A program made the position numbers and the translations under genes. A stretch of DNA of 53,280 bases from a virus. Taxonomy: Duplodnaviria > Caudoviricetes. The stretch spans positions 1 through 53,280 of IMG/VR virus record IMGVR_UViG_3300042549_001343, one strand, 5' to 3'. Each line of letters starts with the position of its first letter. Positions within the stretch are counted from its first letter, which is position 1. Below the pieces are notes generated by a model. It was not told where the DNA came from. It worked only from the letters and a program-made list of their open reading frames with translations, and searched no databases. Positions 1 to 9,261 of this stretch are shown piece by piece.

Positions 1-238
1 TATTTGAGTACAAGTTCCAGCATACCCAGTTGTTTCTATTCCACCAGCGTCACCAAGTTGTAAGCGTATAGTGCTTGACCCATTTGTACTGACGCCATTA
101 AACATGACAGTAATGCGCTTCACCCACGACGGGATAGAAGTAAAGTCAATGCTTGTGCCGGATGTAGATGCCTGCACAGTGCCAGAGGTGAGAACACCTA
201 CACCTGTCGGCGTACCCGCTGTGACTGGGCTGGTCAAT
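1..238. repeat. Terminal direct overlap with 53043-53280 (circular contig); 229/238 identical
   Basis: Direct comparison of the two ends; mismatches only at 127,130,136-139,151,157,160. Confidence 0.95.
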
Positions 239-792
239 GTCGGACTGGTCAACGCTACACCGGACACGATATTGGATGAAGACACGCTCCCAGCGGTATT
301 TGGAATTGCATTCAGTACACTGGAGACATAGAAGCTCACTGTGGTGACTGTGTCACCTACCGTACATGCGTTAGCCAAGACAATTGTTGTTCCTGTGGTG
401 GCTGTAAAGTCTGCGGCTGCAAGCCGTGCGCCGTTCCTAAAGACATCTACGTACCCAACGGTGTAGCTTGGTATGGTAAAGCTGGTCTGGCTTGCGGTAG
501 CTGTGGTGTCTGTCACTGTCCTGTACGCAGTTGTGGTCACGCCAGATGCTGGGATGCCAAGGTAACGAACAGAGATGTTGCTTGTCCCGCTAGGCGGAGC
601 GCCCGAGAATGTCAGCGTTGTCCCAGCTACAGAATATGTTGACGGGTCTTGCACCACACCAGTCACAGCCACAAGAATAGATGACGTGTTTGCCGGAGCC
701 ACCGTCATTGTGAAAGCTGTGGCCGAGCCATTCCCGCTGAACGTGTCAGTCAGGAAGGCTACTGAGATTGGTGTGTTGCCGATATAACTCAT
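1..792 (-). CDS. 5' part of a ~353-aa tail fibre/virion protein (MSYIGNTPISVAFLTDTFSGNGS...) that continues across the junction to 52773
   Basis: ATG at 792 overlaps the upstream stop; frame open to base 1 and in frame with 52773..53042; Thr/Ser/Gly-rich; C-terminal STSGTSIDF...DAGSINILYE domain. Confidence 0.85.
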   Translation of the reverse strand, partial: MSYIGNTPISVAFLTDTFSGNGSATAFTMTVAPANTSSILVAVTGVVQDPSTYSVAGTTLTFSGAPPSGTSNISVRYLGIPASGVTTTAYRTVTDTTATASQTSFTIPSYTVGYVDVFRNGARLAAADFTATTGTTIVLANACTVGDTVTTVSFYVSSVLNAIPNTAGSVSSSNIVSGVALTSPTLTSPVTAGTPTGVGVLTSGTVQASTSGTSIDFTSIPSWVKRITVMFNGVSTNGSSTIRLQLGDAGGIETTGYAGTCTQI

Positions 793-1016
793 GGCATGGC
801 TGCTTTGATTTCGTCTACGGTTGAGGCTGCATCAATGGCGGTTTGCATGGCGGCGTACTTGGTTCTGATCGTTGCTCTTGCCGCTTCTGCGCCTTCCGCC
901 TGCCCGGGAATCTGTTTGGCAATGGCCTCGTCGTAGGGTTGGAACTCTACTGATCGCGCTGCGCGGCGCAGATTGTGGGCTACTGCTTTGGCTTTGGTGA
1001 TGTTGATGGTAATCAT
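789..1016 (-). CDS. Small tail-fibre-associated protein
   Basis: MITINITKAK...; ATGA-coupled to both neighbours in the tail module. Confidence 0.7.
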   Translation of the reverse strand: MITINITKAKAVAHNLRRAARSVEFQPYDEAIAKQIPGQAEGAEAARATIRTKYAAMQTAIDAASTVDEIKAAMP

Positions 1017-1255
1017 GTGTACTCCCATGCTGATCTAAATGTGCGGTCGTGCTTAACAACGCCAAACTCATCAAGCACTGGATTTCCCTGTGTATCAAGC
1101 TCAAGCGGAAAATCAGTAATGTCCACAATCTTGAATGGCTTGCCAGCAGGCACGTCCTTGGCTGCGATCTCTTCAATGGTAAAGCCGCAGTCAGGAGCGG
1201 GAATGAGGACTTTTACGCCGCCATCGTCTGTTGGGTAAATGATTCTTGAGTTCAT
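1013..1255 (-). CDS. Small tail-fibre-associated protein (AKDVP...DRTFRSAW type)
   Basis: RBS AGGAG; motif seen in phage fibre accessory genes. Confidence 0.75.
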   Translation of the reverse strand: MNSRIIYPTDDGGVKVLIPAPDCGFTIEEIAAKDVPAGKPFKIVDITDFPLELDTQGNPVLDEFGVVKHDRTFRSAWEYT

Positions 1256-1267
1256 GGTTGCTCCTGA

Positions 1268-1696
1268 TTAGCGGAAGATGGAAGCGAATACATATACCGG
1301 GTCATACTGGTTAGTCGTACTAGTATCTTGCGTTGACATTCTAAAAGATGAAGTAGTTGGCGTATTTCCTGTTGGGATGGAAACTGTTACCCGAGAAGTT
1401 CCGGTAGACCCCATTACCGACATGGACACAGAATAGTTCGCATCAGACATTGCAGTCGTAAAATTAACTGTATACTCACCAACACCTACATCAGTAATAC
1501 TCGACACATTACCACTTCCACGAATAGCCACAGTACCTGTGCCGTTGAAGTTCACCCATGCTCTACACATATAAAGTGGCGCAGTACCAGACACAGTAGC
1601 AATTTGCGCTGAGTTGATGTTTGGTGTTGTCAGTGTTGGGCTGGTTAAGGATATGGGGGCGTCCAAACCTGCTTGACTGATTGTGCTTACTGGCAT
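1268..1696 (-). CDS. Tail fibre-like protein (RAWVNFNG...NVSSITD...YTVNF domain)
   Basis: ATG at 1696 in TAATG overlap; common phage fibre tip motif. Confidence 0.8.
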   Translation of the reverse strand: MPVSTISQAGLDAPISLTSPTLTTPNINSAQIATVSGTAPLYMCRAWVNFNGTGTVAIRGSGNVSSITDVGVGEYTVNFTTAMSDANYSVSMSVMGSTGTSRVTVSIPTGNTPTTSSFRMSTQDTSTTNQYDPVYVFASIFR

Positions 1697-1986
1697 TATT
1701 GTTCCTTGGGATACTTTGCTTTGACTGCTTGACAATCAGCAATGTACTTATCAATCTGTGTTTGATCGCCTTTGACTACGCCATCAAGATAGTCTGTAAT
1801 TGGTGGGTATTCGGATGCTCTCTTTTGTGCGTAGGTCAAACTTGCCTCAAGTGCGGCTTGCTCTGCGGCACGAATTAAATTTGCTTCTTCCTCTGTGATT
1901 GCAGTGCATTGAGGCAACCAGACCGCAGGGTCATCATCATTGTCAAGCCAATACAGTTTGTTTTCTGAGTCTTTAAAGTGTGGCAT
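1696..1986 (-). CDS. Tail fibre assembly-like protein
   Basis: YAQKRASEYPPITDYLD...VKAKYPK motif; follows a fibre gene. Confidence 0.75.
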   Translation of the reverse strand: MPHFKDSENKLYWLDNDDDPAVWLPQCTAITEEEANLIRAAEQAALEASLTYAQKRASEYPPITDYLDGVVKGDQTQIDKYIADCQAVKAKYPKEQ

Positions 1987-1995
1987 TATGTATCC

Positions 1996-3147
1996 TTACC
2001 TAAGTTCTGCCCAATATTGAATCGTAGTACCACTATTGCTGTTTGTGATTGAATAAGTACCGCTTGGAGGAACAATTCCCATATTAGTAACATTATGAGG
2101 AGTAACGAGTGATGCAGTGTAGTAATCATTATCCTTAAATGAAGAAACAATAATGCCATTAATAGTAAGTATTGCTAGATTATTACCAACACCGGAATTT
2201 GAAGTTACTTGCACTTGAATAGGTCTACCAGTAGTATTTGTATAAGTTGTACCAACAGCCCTACTACCAGCTACATTTTGCCAAGTCTGCCCATACCCCA
2301 ATGAACTCATTGCATTTAAAGCCTGACCGCCGCATCCTTGGATCGTTGACGGCGCAGTTGCCCATGTGCCTGCGGTTGCTTGAGTAGATTGAATAAATCC
2401 AATAACACGGTATGCAAGAGATGTTCTAGCTGTGGTGGAATAAACTACGGTTGCGCTGTCCGCACCGCCAGAACCACCTTCAGCAGTGGTAGAAATCAAG
2501 TTAGTTTCATCAAGCTGTGTGCCGCCAGAAATGTTTACCGCCGCCAGTTCAATCGTTCCAGCGTTGTTGAGGGCAATGACCACAATCCGAGAAGCAACTG
2601 CATTTACCGTTCCAAGAGTTGACCCGCTTGAAATAACTAAATTGGCAGGTGTGCCAGAAACTGTAGTAACAGTACCGCTATCAAGAGTGGTGGAGCGGAA
2701 ATTCAACGTCAACGCAGAAGCAGAAATAGTCAACGCATTAGCCGCAACAGAAGCAGAAATTGGCTGTATTTGTGCTGGGATTGGAGGGGCAGACCACGCA
2801 TTGTCGCCACGCAAAAATGTAGAAGAGCTTGGTGTTCCTGTTGCTGACAATTGAGTTAACCCAACCGTACCCTGACCCGGTGCAATCACCTGCGTGATCG
2901 GGCTTGTGTAGTACACATAGATGTTGTTTGTACCACTGGACGGGGCCGAGGTAAACGTGATGGTGTTGCTACTAACCGTGAAGGCATCCGATGGGTTCTG
3001 GGCTACGTTGTTGACAACCGCCTGTACCTGAGCCACAGAAGCCACCGGGCGAGACAATGTAAACGCCGTGGTCGAGGCATTTCCACTGAAATAATCAATG
3101 GCTGGTGTAAACCCTTGCGTGGTGTTAGTGTTGCCTATGTAACTCAT
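1996..3147 (-). CDS. Tail fibre protein
   Basis: 383 aa Thr/Ser/Gly-rich; N-terminus MSYIGN paralogous to the 792 gene; C-terminal GQTWQ...TYTNTTGRPI domain. Confidence 0.85.
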   Translation of the reverse strand: MSYIGNTNTTQGFTPAIDYFSGNASTTAFTLSRPVASVAQVQAVVNNVAQNPSDAFTVSSNTITFTSAPSSGTNNIYVYYTSPITQVIAPGQGTVGLTQLSATGTPSSSTFLRGDNAWSAPPIPAQIQPISASVAANALTISASALTLNFRSTTLDSGTVTTVSGTPANLVISSGSTLGTVNAVASRIVVIALNNAGTIELAAVNISGGTQLDETNLISTTAEGGSGGADSATVVYSTTARTSLAYRVIGFIQSTQATAGTWATAPSTIQGCGGQALNAMSSLGYGQTWQNVAGSRAVGTTYTNTTGRPIQVQVTSNSGVGNNLAILTINGIIVSSFKDNDYYTASLVTPHNVTNMGIVPPSGTYSITNSNSGTTIQYWAELR

Positions 3148-3470
3148 GTGATGTTCAGTACAGAAGTGACAACGTCAATTGATGATGCGGTAGAGGAGAC
3201 AACCTTCAACGCATCTCCAGTAATCAGCACAACCTTTTGGTCTCCGCCGACAACAACCAATGCGCCGCCGACAGGAACCGTGGCTCCTTCAACCAAGTAG
3301 TAATCTACCGCAGACCTTGTGAAGTACACGTCGACAGTTACTGGGCTTGTGAGCGTGTTTGCACAGGACATGCCAATGATGGTTGTCTGTGTTGACGCTC
3401 CGATAGTCACGACAGTTGCCGCCGATGTCCCGACAGATTTGTTTGCGTAAGATGTGAATACATTTGCCAT
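3144..3470 (-). CDS. Virion structural protein (beta-rich)
   Basis: 108-aa ORF coupled within the tail module. Confidence 0.75.
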   Translation of the reverse strand: MANVFTSYANKSVGTSAATVVTIGASTQTTIIGMSCANTLTSPVTVDVYFTRSAVDYYLVEGATVPVGGALVVVGGDQKVVLITGDALKVVSSTASSIDVVTSVLNIT

Positions 3471-3473
3471 GAT

Positions 3474-4226
3474 TTATCCTAGTGCGATTGCAAGAGCAAC
3501 GGCTGTACCTACTGGGTCGACTTGCAGATTTGCTTGTGCGGCGGCAATCACTGTTGAGCTTGAAGCAGACACCTTTTGCCACAAACTTGAACTCGTGTTG
3601 TATACAAGTATCTCTCCATTTGTTGGAGTTTGAGCAGACACATTGTGCAACTCGTCCATCTCATAGCCGTTTTGCACCTTAACAAGCAACTTACCTTGTG
3701 TTGGGTGAGCGTGGGCAACAACAGCTACATAAACCAAATGGTTAGGCGCATAAGGCTTAGTTGCAGTCAAAGTCCCTGCTGTGGTTGGGCTTAGATAAAG
3801 TTGCGCTCCATCTGTATATGCTGATGTATTGAGATTCTGAATCAAACCAATGATTGTCACATATCCATTGGAGTTATTAGATATGTCAGCAGTAATCAAA
3901 CCTAATGTTTGAGCTGAATTTGTGTCGTTATTTGCTTGTGCTTTGGTTACAGTTGGAAGTTGTCCTGTAGCACCAGAAATATAGACTGCTGTGCCTTTAG
4001 TAAGGGTTGCACCAGTAGAATTTCGCACTTGCTCAACAAGAACTGATGCTGGTGATGTTTGAGATACAGCAAGATCAACAGCCGCTCCAACTTGAGTAAC
4101 GACAATACTCCCATCTGCTGATGCAACAGATTCAATCTTGTCTGTATTTAGATTGCTGAAGTTGGTATCGACCTCCGTGTTGGTTAACGGCGATCCTTTA
4201 ACCGAGCGAAGGACGATTGTTGACAT
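3474..4226 (-). CDS. Tail/fibre-like virion protein
   Basis: KGSPLTNTEVDTNFSNLN N-terminal motif; ends AVALAIALG. Confidence 0.8.
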   Translation of the reverse strand: MSTIVLRSVKGSPLTNTEVDTNFSNLNTDKIESVASADGSIVVTQVGAAVDLAVSQTSPASVLVEQVRNSTGATLTKGTAVYISGATGQLPTVTKAQANNDTNSAQTLGLITADISNNSNGYVTIIGLIQNLNTSAYTDGAQLYLSPTTAGTLTATKPYAPNHLVYVAVVAHAHPTQGKLLVKVQNGYEMDELHNVSAQTPTNGEILVYNTSSSLWQKVSASSSTVIAAAQANLQVDPVGTAVALAIALG

Positions 4227-4238
4227 TTACGACCCCAA

Positions 4239-4685
4239 TCAAGATACGGTGATAGTCCAAGTGATGCTCATTGCATCATCAACACCCTTGTTGACCACAG
4301 AGAACACAGTACGACAGAGCATTGTTCCAGCAGAGGACGCATTGAATATGCCAGCCTCTGTCACTGCGCCTGTACCTGTGCCAGCAGGGAACGATGCTAC
4401 GTAAGTCGCCACGTTGGTAGAGCTTGTTCCGCTGGTCAACGCTGTGCGTGAGGCAGCAATGACAGTTTCAAGGGTTGTGTTACCGACCGCAGCAGCAGTA
4501 GTCCCTGTGCCAAGCTCCATGTGGCTCATCACGTTGCTGGCTGTTCCAACCATACGTGAGGCAATGAATGTCTTGCCAGAGGTGACAACCAAGTTCTTTA
4601 CTTCACGGCTGTCCTTGAGAGAGCCATCAGAACCGAAGACATCGATCTTCAAAGATCCGGTGATTTTTAATGATTCATCAAACAT
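4239..4685 (-). CDS. Virion structural protein (NLVV...TEAGIF motif)
   Basis: 148-aa ORF with RBS; motif shared with tail-collar/fibre N-terminal domains. Confidence 0.75.
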   Translation of the reverse strand: MFDESLKITGSLKIDVFGSDGSLKDSREVKNLVVTSGKTFIASRMVGTASNVMSHMELGTGTTAAAVGNTTLETVIAASRTALTSGTSSTNVATYVASFPAGTGTGAVTEAGIFNASSAGTMLCRTVFSVVNKGVDDAMSITWTITVS

Positions 4686-4697
4686 GTTTTTTCCTTG

Positions 4698-5456
4698 TTA
4701 AAAAGTTCTGTAGTCACCAACGTAATCTTCTGCAAAGTACGTCAGATCACAATATCCTTGAGAGAACAGATAGCCACTGTCAGATGACGTTGCGGAATCT
4801 TGGATTGCCTTGCCGCTCAACAACAACACCAAGTCAGAAGAAGACACGACGTTGTTTGTAAAGTCAGCGAATGAAATTGTTGTTCCATTCACATCAGACA
4901 GGTCGTTCAGTGCAAACGAATCAAACAAATACTTTTCAAAAGTAAATGCCGTGCTGTCGTTAATAGGCGCACTATCTGAGAATGACCTATTAAATGTTGT
5001 TACTATCGCTAGAGCATCAGATAAAGATACCGTCTCTTGAAACAGACGCACATATATTAGAAGCACACTGAGTACATCCGACAAAGATACAGACTCTGAC
5101 TTGCCAAGAGAAGTATCTCTAAACTGAAAGTCCGAAAAAGAAATCGATTCCGATGGTGACTTTGCAAAAGAGATAACGCTTCCATCTGTCAGCACAACAG
5201 ATTCTGTCGTGTACCGGAACAGGCCAGAGTTGTCTATCACTACATCCAAAAACAAATTGATGTATGCAATGTCAGCCGCAGGGATTGTGTAGGACACTGC
5301 CGCTGTCGGAATGACCTGCGACCGTGTGACTACCGGAGTGATCTTTGATATGTCTGCTTTTGCTAAGACGCGATCAGACTCAACGACCGCATCAACCAGA
5401 GTGACGCTTAATCTAGGCTTGGCATTCTGAGTAGATGCCGATACCTTCCCGACCAT
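4698..5456 (-). CDS. Ser/Asp-rich repetitive virion protein
   Basis: ESVSLSD-type repeats; operon position. Confidence 0.7.
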   Translation of the reverse strand: MVGKVSASTQNAKPRLSVTLVDAVVESDRVLAKADISKITPVVTRSQVIPTAAVSYTIPAADIAYINLFLDVVIDNSGLFRYTTESVVLTDGSVISFAKSPSESISFSDFQFRDTSLGKSESVSLSDVLSVLLIYVRLFQETVSLSDALAIVTTFNRSFSDSAPINDSTAFTFEKYLFDSFALNDLSDVNGTTISFADFTNNVVSSSDLVLLLSGKAIQDSATSSDSGYLFSQGYCDLTYFAEDYVGDYRTF

Positions 5457-5789
5457 TTAGAAGTCCTCGCGGATCTTGAACTTCAACAAGTCATAGACAG
5501 TTTGAATCTGACCATCAGAGAATGTGATCTCGATCTCGCCTTCGTAATCTCCTGCGTCCCCGGTCAGCATGGCTGGGGTAGAAGCTGGATAGAAAGCAAC
5601 CTGCCCAGCAGCGCCAGATGTCACTGTTCCTGAAACTGTTGCTTGAAGAGTTGTGCTACCAGTGGGGCGGAACTTTAAGACAACGGCTGCGCCAGTGATG
5701 TTGACTGGATCACCTGTTGTCTCGTCAGTGATTGTGCAGACAATTGCTGGTCGAGTGTCGCCTTGGACGAGTTTGATTTTGTCTGTCAT
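5457..5789 (-). CDS. BppU-like Ig-fold tail protein
   Basis: IKLVQGDTRP...GDYEGEIEITFSDG motif. Confidence 0.75.
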   Translation of the reverse strand: MTDKIKLVQGDTRPAIVCTITDETTGDPVNITGAAVVLKFRPTGSTTLQATVSGTVTSGAAGQVAFYPASTPAMLTGDAGDYEGEIEITFSDGQIQTVYDLLKFKIREDF

Positions 5790-6439
5790 GGGTTCCTCAT
5801 CAACTTTACTCGCAAACTTGATCTCACATTGCCACGAGCAGCACGTTGCCTTGCGTCATTCAATCCGGTTATGTAGCGAACCTGATTGAAGTTTGCGGAC
5901 TCAGCATTTGAGTACGGCTTGCCGGGAGTGAGCATGAGTCTCGCCTTTGTTCCGAATCCAAGCGTCTCTCCCCAGATTTCAAACAAGAAGTCTGCAACTT
6001 CTGTCATTGTTCTCAAGGGGACAAGCGCCGCTCTCATTGTAAGGGCGGAAGCATACTTCTGATCCGGTATTGGAAGGATTGTGAACGTGTCGACATCCTT
6101 TTGTGTGTATCCGGCAGGTGGGCCTTTGCTGGCCGTGTAGCCAGCGATACTGGTTCTATAGGCATCTGGTACGCCAATGTCGTCCGGAGCCAGCGGCTCA
6201 AGCTCCTGACCCAAGTACCAGACCTTCATAATCTTCTGGATGCGGTAGTTCTTTGGAGGCTCTAGATCGTAGTCTGTCACGTTCTCGTATACCGTAATCG
6301 GGTCGAGCGTTTCTTGATAGATCAGGCTCTTCTCGCAGAACTCGACAATTGTGTTTCTCAGGGCGCGGATCGCCATGTCTGATGGGCAGCCGGGTACATC
6401 TGGGAGGATCTCTGGCAGGAATGATTCAAGTGTCTTCAT
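5786..6439 (-). CDS. Podovirus head-tail adaptor / tail tubular protein A-like
   Basis: LPDVPGCP...FCEKS N-terminus; position after capsid genes. Confidence 0.7.
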   Translation of the reverse strand: MKTLESFLPEILPDVPGCPSDMAIRALRNTIVEFCEKSLIYQETLDPITVYENVTDYDLEPPKNYRIQKIMKVWYLGQELEPLAPDDIGVPDAYRTSIAGYTASKGPPAGYTQKDVDTFTILPIPDQKYASALTMRAALVPLRTMTEVADFLFEIWGETLGFGTKARLMLTPGKPYSNAESANFNQVRYITGLNDARQRAARGNVRSSLRVKLMRNP

Positions 6440-6783
6440 GTGATCCCCAGCAAGCCAGCTTTAAATTTCTGATACAGGGAGGCAGACCGGCCATCCACTG
6501 CGAACTCATCATCTCTCAACTCTGCCCGATGAACAACGTAGTCCACCATTGAAAGCAGGTAGTCGTCAGAGATGGGGATCGTTGATGCCGCCGTGTATGA
6601 GGCGAAGGAGGTGGTCAGGTTAGAGAGGAACAGATCTGGCCTTACTCGTCGAGCCTCAATCAGCGCCGAGCGAGCGTAGCTCATCAACTGGGCCTCCGTA
6701 TATCGAGGAGTTGGATTCAGCGCAGTGATTTCATCATTGAGCAGTATCCGAGAATCGTCCATCACAGTTTGGAATGTTGCCAT
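6436..6783 (-). CDS. Head-tail adaptor-like protein
   Basis: R.LLND...RYTEAQL...RPD motif of helical adaptors. Confidence 0.7.
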   Translation of the reverse strand: MATFQTVMDDSRILLNDEITALNPTPRYTEAQLMSYARSALIEARRVRPDLFLSNLTTSFASYTAASTIPISDDYLLSMVDYVVHRAELRDDEFAVDGRSASLYQKFKAGLLGIT

Positions 6784-6788
6784 TTATA

Positions 6789-7100
6789 CTACCAAAGTAC
6801 CTTTCTAGCCCAGTGATTCGCACTGAACACATCATCCTTGGTGGACTGACCGCTTTTGTTTTTGATACCTGCTGACCGAGCAAGGTAGTTTTTTCTTCGA
6901 TCTGCGTCCTTGTGTTGGGTAAAGTCTTCCATTCCCCGCAATCCAAAGCGCACGATCTTGACTTCGTCGCCCTTCTTTGCAAGGACAACCTTCTTTTGCT
7001 TTGCCCCTGCTGGCGCATTCTTTGGCTTGTTGAAGCCGTCAAACTCTTGTCCTCTATAGACGAGCTTGCCGCCCTCTCGTTTAACGTCCTTGGCTTTCAT
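6789..7100 (-). CDS. Small basic conserved phage protein (VRFG...RRKNYLAR...SANHWARKVLW)
   Basis: 103-aa Lys/Arg-rich ORF of a widespread viral family. Confidence 0.8.
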   Translation of the reverse strand: MKAKDVKREGGKLVYRGQEFDGFNKPKNAPAGAKQKKVVLAKKGDEVKIVRFGLRGMEDFTQHKDADRRKNYLARSAGIKNKSGQSTKDDVFSANHWARKVLW

Positions 7101-7264
7101 GCGGCCTCTTTGTGGAGTAGGACTGTGATGTCGTCTTGAATAGACACTTCATCATCCGTTGGTTTCTTGGGCTTTGTTTCTTCCAGAACGACCTCGTATC
7201 CCATTTCCAACAGGCTTTCGTCGTACACCACTATCCTGCCCGTGCGTTTGTTTCTCATAAACAT
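7097..7264 (-). CDS. Small protein (55 aa, MFMRNKRTGRIVVYDESLLEMGY...)
   Basis: RBS GGGAG before the ATG at 7264; ATGA-coupled to the next gene; overlaps the 3' end of the GT9 gene. Confidence 0.75.
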   Translation of the reverse strand: MFMRNKRTGRIVVYDESLLEMGYEVVLEETKPKKPTDDEVSIQDDITVLLHKEAA

Positions 7265-8183
7265 GCGATTCTCCCAACTGGAATACGGTCGTTGGCTGAA
7301 TTGACTGCAACGACTCGCAGATTTTGACACATCGCTCGTCCCAGCCTTTATCTCTTTGCCAGTAGCACCCGCTACACGGCATGTCTGATCCTATCCCAAC
7401 AACAGACTCAGAGCAATCAAAGACAAAGTCTTTGGTGGTTGGGCCAAGGACAGCAACTGTCGGCGTGCCAAGCAATCCGCCAATGTGCGCCATGCCACTG
7501 TCGTTGCCGTACATGACGGTGGCGCTGCCGATCAGTTCAAGGATCTCTGAGGCTGGCCGGTTCCAGTAAAGCCGAGATGATGGGATCTTTTCAAGAGACT
7601 CTCGATCTCTACCGGAGCCTATGGCTACGACTACGTACCCTGCATCTGTTAACAGATTAGACAGATCTGTCCATCTGTCGGCGTTCCAAGAACGTACCGA
7701 CCAAACACTTGTAGGTACAAGAACCGCCAGCTTCTCAGCTTTGGTGTACTTGGTTACCTTCTCTGGCCTCTTGGCTACACAATCTGGGATCTCGTAGTAA
7801 CGGCGCAGGTTCTGGACGTACCAGTTTGGCCTTGATCCACCAGACCCTCCGGATCGGAGTTGGCCCTGATAGTCAAGGTTTGCATCTGCAGAGAAATCTG
7901 TCTCTGGGCAAATGCTGACATTGGGGTGCGAAACAACGGAGAGCCAATCAACATGCCTCGTATGAAGCGTGACGTTGAACCCTTGATCTGCTATTCCGCA
8001 AGCCGCATACATTCCACAGACAGCGTCCCCAATCCCCACCGCAGAGACATAGAACGTAACGTCCTTCGTCTGCTTCGGCGGATCTCGTGGATCATCCTCA
8101 TACTCTGCGTAGTATCCAAGCTCAAGCAAAGATCTATCGTAAGCATGAAGTTTGCTGGTTTGTGTGTTGCGTATATAGAGCAT
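7152..8183 (-). CDS. Glycosyltransferase family 9 (heptosyltransferase-like) with extra N-terminal module
   Basis: GIGDAV, RSWNADRW, GNDSGMAHIGG..GTPTVAVLGPT and CSGCYW...C...C motifs of GT9; start could be TTG 8213. Confidence 0.85.
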   Translation of the reverse strand: MLYIRNTQTSKLHAYDRSLLELGYYAEYEDDPRDPPKQTKDVTFYVSAVGIGDAVCGMYAACGIADQGFNVTLHTRHVDWLSVVSHPNVSICPETDFSADANLDYQGQLRSGGSGGSRPNWYVQNLRRYYEIPDCVAKRPEKVTKYTKAEKLAVLVPTSVWSVRSWNADRWTDLSNLLTDAGYVVVAIGSGRDRESLEKIPSSRLYWNRPASEILELIGSATVMYGNDSGMAHIGGLLGTPTVAVLGPTTKDFVFDCSESVVGIGSDMPCSGCYWQRDKGWDERCVKICESLQSIQPTTVFQLGESHVYEKQTHGQDSGVRRKPVGNGIRGRSGRNKAQETNG

Positions 8184-8211
8184 AAAAAGGGAGGAGGCCG
8201 AAGCCTCCCCC
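8184..8211 (-). terminator. Rho-independent terminator after the major capsid gene
   Basis: GGGGGAGGC-TTCG-GCCTCCTCCC-TTTTT on the minus strand, 17 nt after the capsid stop. Confidence 0.85.
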
Positions 8212-8228
8212 AATTCCTCGGCAACTGC

Positions 8229-9227
8229 TTAGGCTTTGGAAACCAGTGCATTGACCAGAGCTTCAGGCTTGGTCACTTTGTAGCCGTAGACATTCAAACC
8301 ACGAACGATGTTACCGAATGTGGATTGAGCGCGGATGGTCTCGACGTTAGCCATCTGTGAAGCGAAAGAGATCGCATCACGAGTGCCAGCCAAGATGTTC
8401 CAGCCACGAACGTCAGCAGCAGTACCTGTACCGCCAGTAGATGAGTCGGAACCCAAATCTGTTGCGTTAGGCAGGCTGTTGGAGACGAACAGGGTGAAGC
8501 GGTCGATCATACCCAACTTACCGTTACGCAAAGGAGACTGACTGTCACCAGTCAAGTACGCTTGCTTCAGGTCAGAGTTCTTAATCATGGCGGCCATCCA
8601 TGAAGGAATAACCAACCAACGACCAGTCTCAGGAACGTCTTGCTCGTCCAACACTTGGCCCATGTCCAAAATCAAGTCCAACACGTTGGTCTTGCTGATG
8701 GCGCGGGTAGCGTAGGTTGTACCCAAGTTGATGTTAGCGGAGAGAACGCCAGCGGTTGCGCCTTTGTTGGCGGTTGCTGCGGCTGTCTTCACACCATTCA
8801 ACACGTCAGTGTCGATAGTGATCTTCATTTGCTCGCTGGCATCGTTGGTGAACATGTCCATCAACTTAACGTCGGCTTGAACGGCATCAACGTCATCCAA
8901 CACCACAGAGAAGTATTGACCTTGGTCAATGTTCAACTCTAAAGGAGTAGATGTCGGGACTTCGTTTGTCAGATTCATACCCTTGGTGTATGAACGGATA
9001 GTGATGGTAGGGATTGAACGGATATAGACTTTGTCGCCTTGACCCTTGATCTCGCCTTCCCAGTCGTTGTTGGTGATCTCTGCAAGAACAGTGCTCTTGT
9101 AGAACTTGGCTTGCAACTTGCCAGACCAAACTTCAGGGATGAACTTGGTTGTACTGGCAGTTGAATACTGGGGATATGCTCCGCTGATAAGGGCTGCGGA
9201 ACCTGAGCCTGCTACTCCAATTGACAT
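8229..9227 (-). CDS. Major capsid protein (P22 coat-like HK97 fold)
   Basis: FIPEVWSGKL...EGEIKGQGDKVYI...GLNVYGYKVTKPEAL; follows scaffold, precedes terminator. Confidence 0.9.
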   Translation of the reverse strand: MSIGVAGSGSAALISGAYPQYSTASTTKFIPEVWSGKLQAKFYKSTVLAEITNNDWEGEIKGQGDKVYIRSIPTITIRSYTKGMNLTNEVPTSTPLELNIDQGQYFSVVLDDVDAVQADVKLMDMFTNDASEQMKITIDTDVLNGVKTAAATANKGATAGVLSANINLGTTYATRAISKTNVLDLILDMGQVLDEQDVPETGRWLVIPSWMAAMIKNSDLKQAYLTGDSQSPLRNGKLGMIDRFTLFVSNSLPNATDLGSDSSTGGTGTAADVRGWNILAGTRDAISFASQMANVETIRAQSTFGNIVRGLNVYGYKVTKPEALVNALVSKA

Positions 9228-9261
9228 GATTTTTCCTTAAAAGAAAGATTGATTGTTTGGG

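Noticed and set aside
1-238. Biological direct terminal repeat of the virion DNA
   Set aside because: The overlap falls mid-gene in a paralogue array and is better explained as circular assembly overlap
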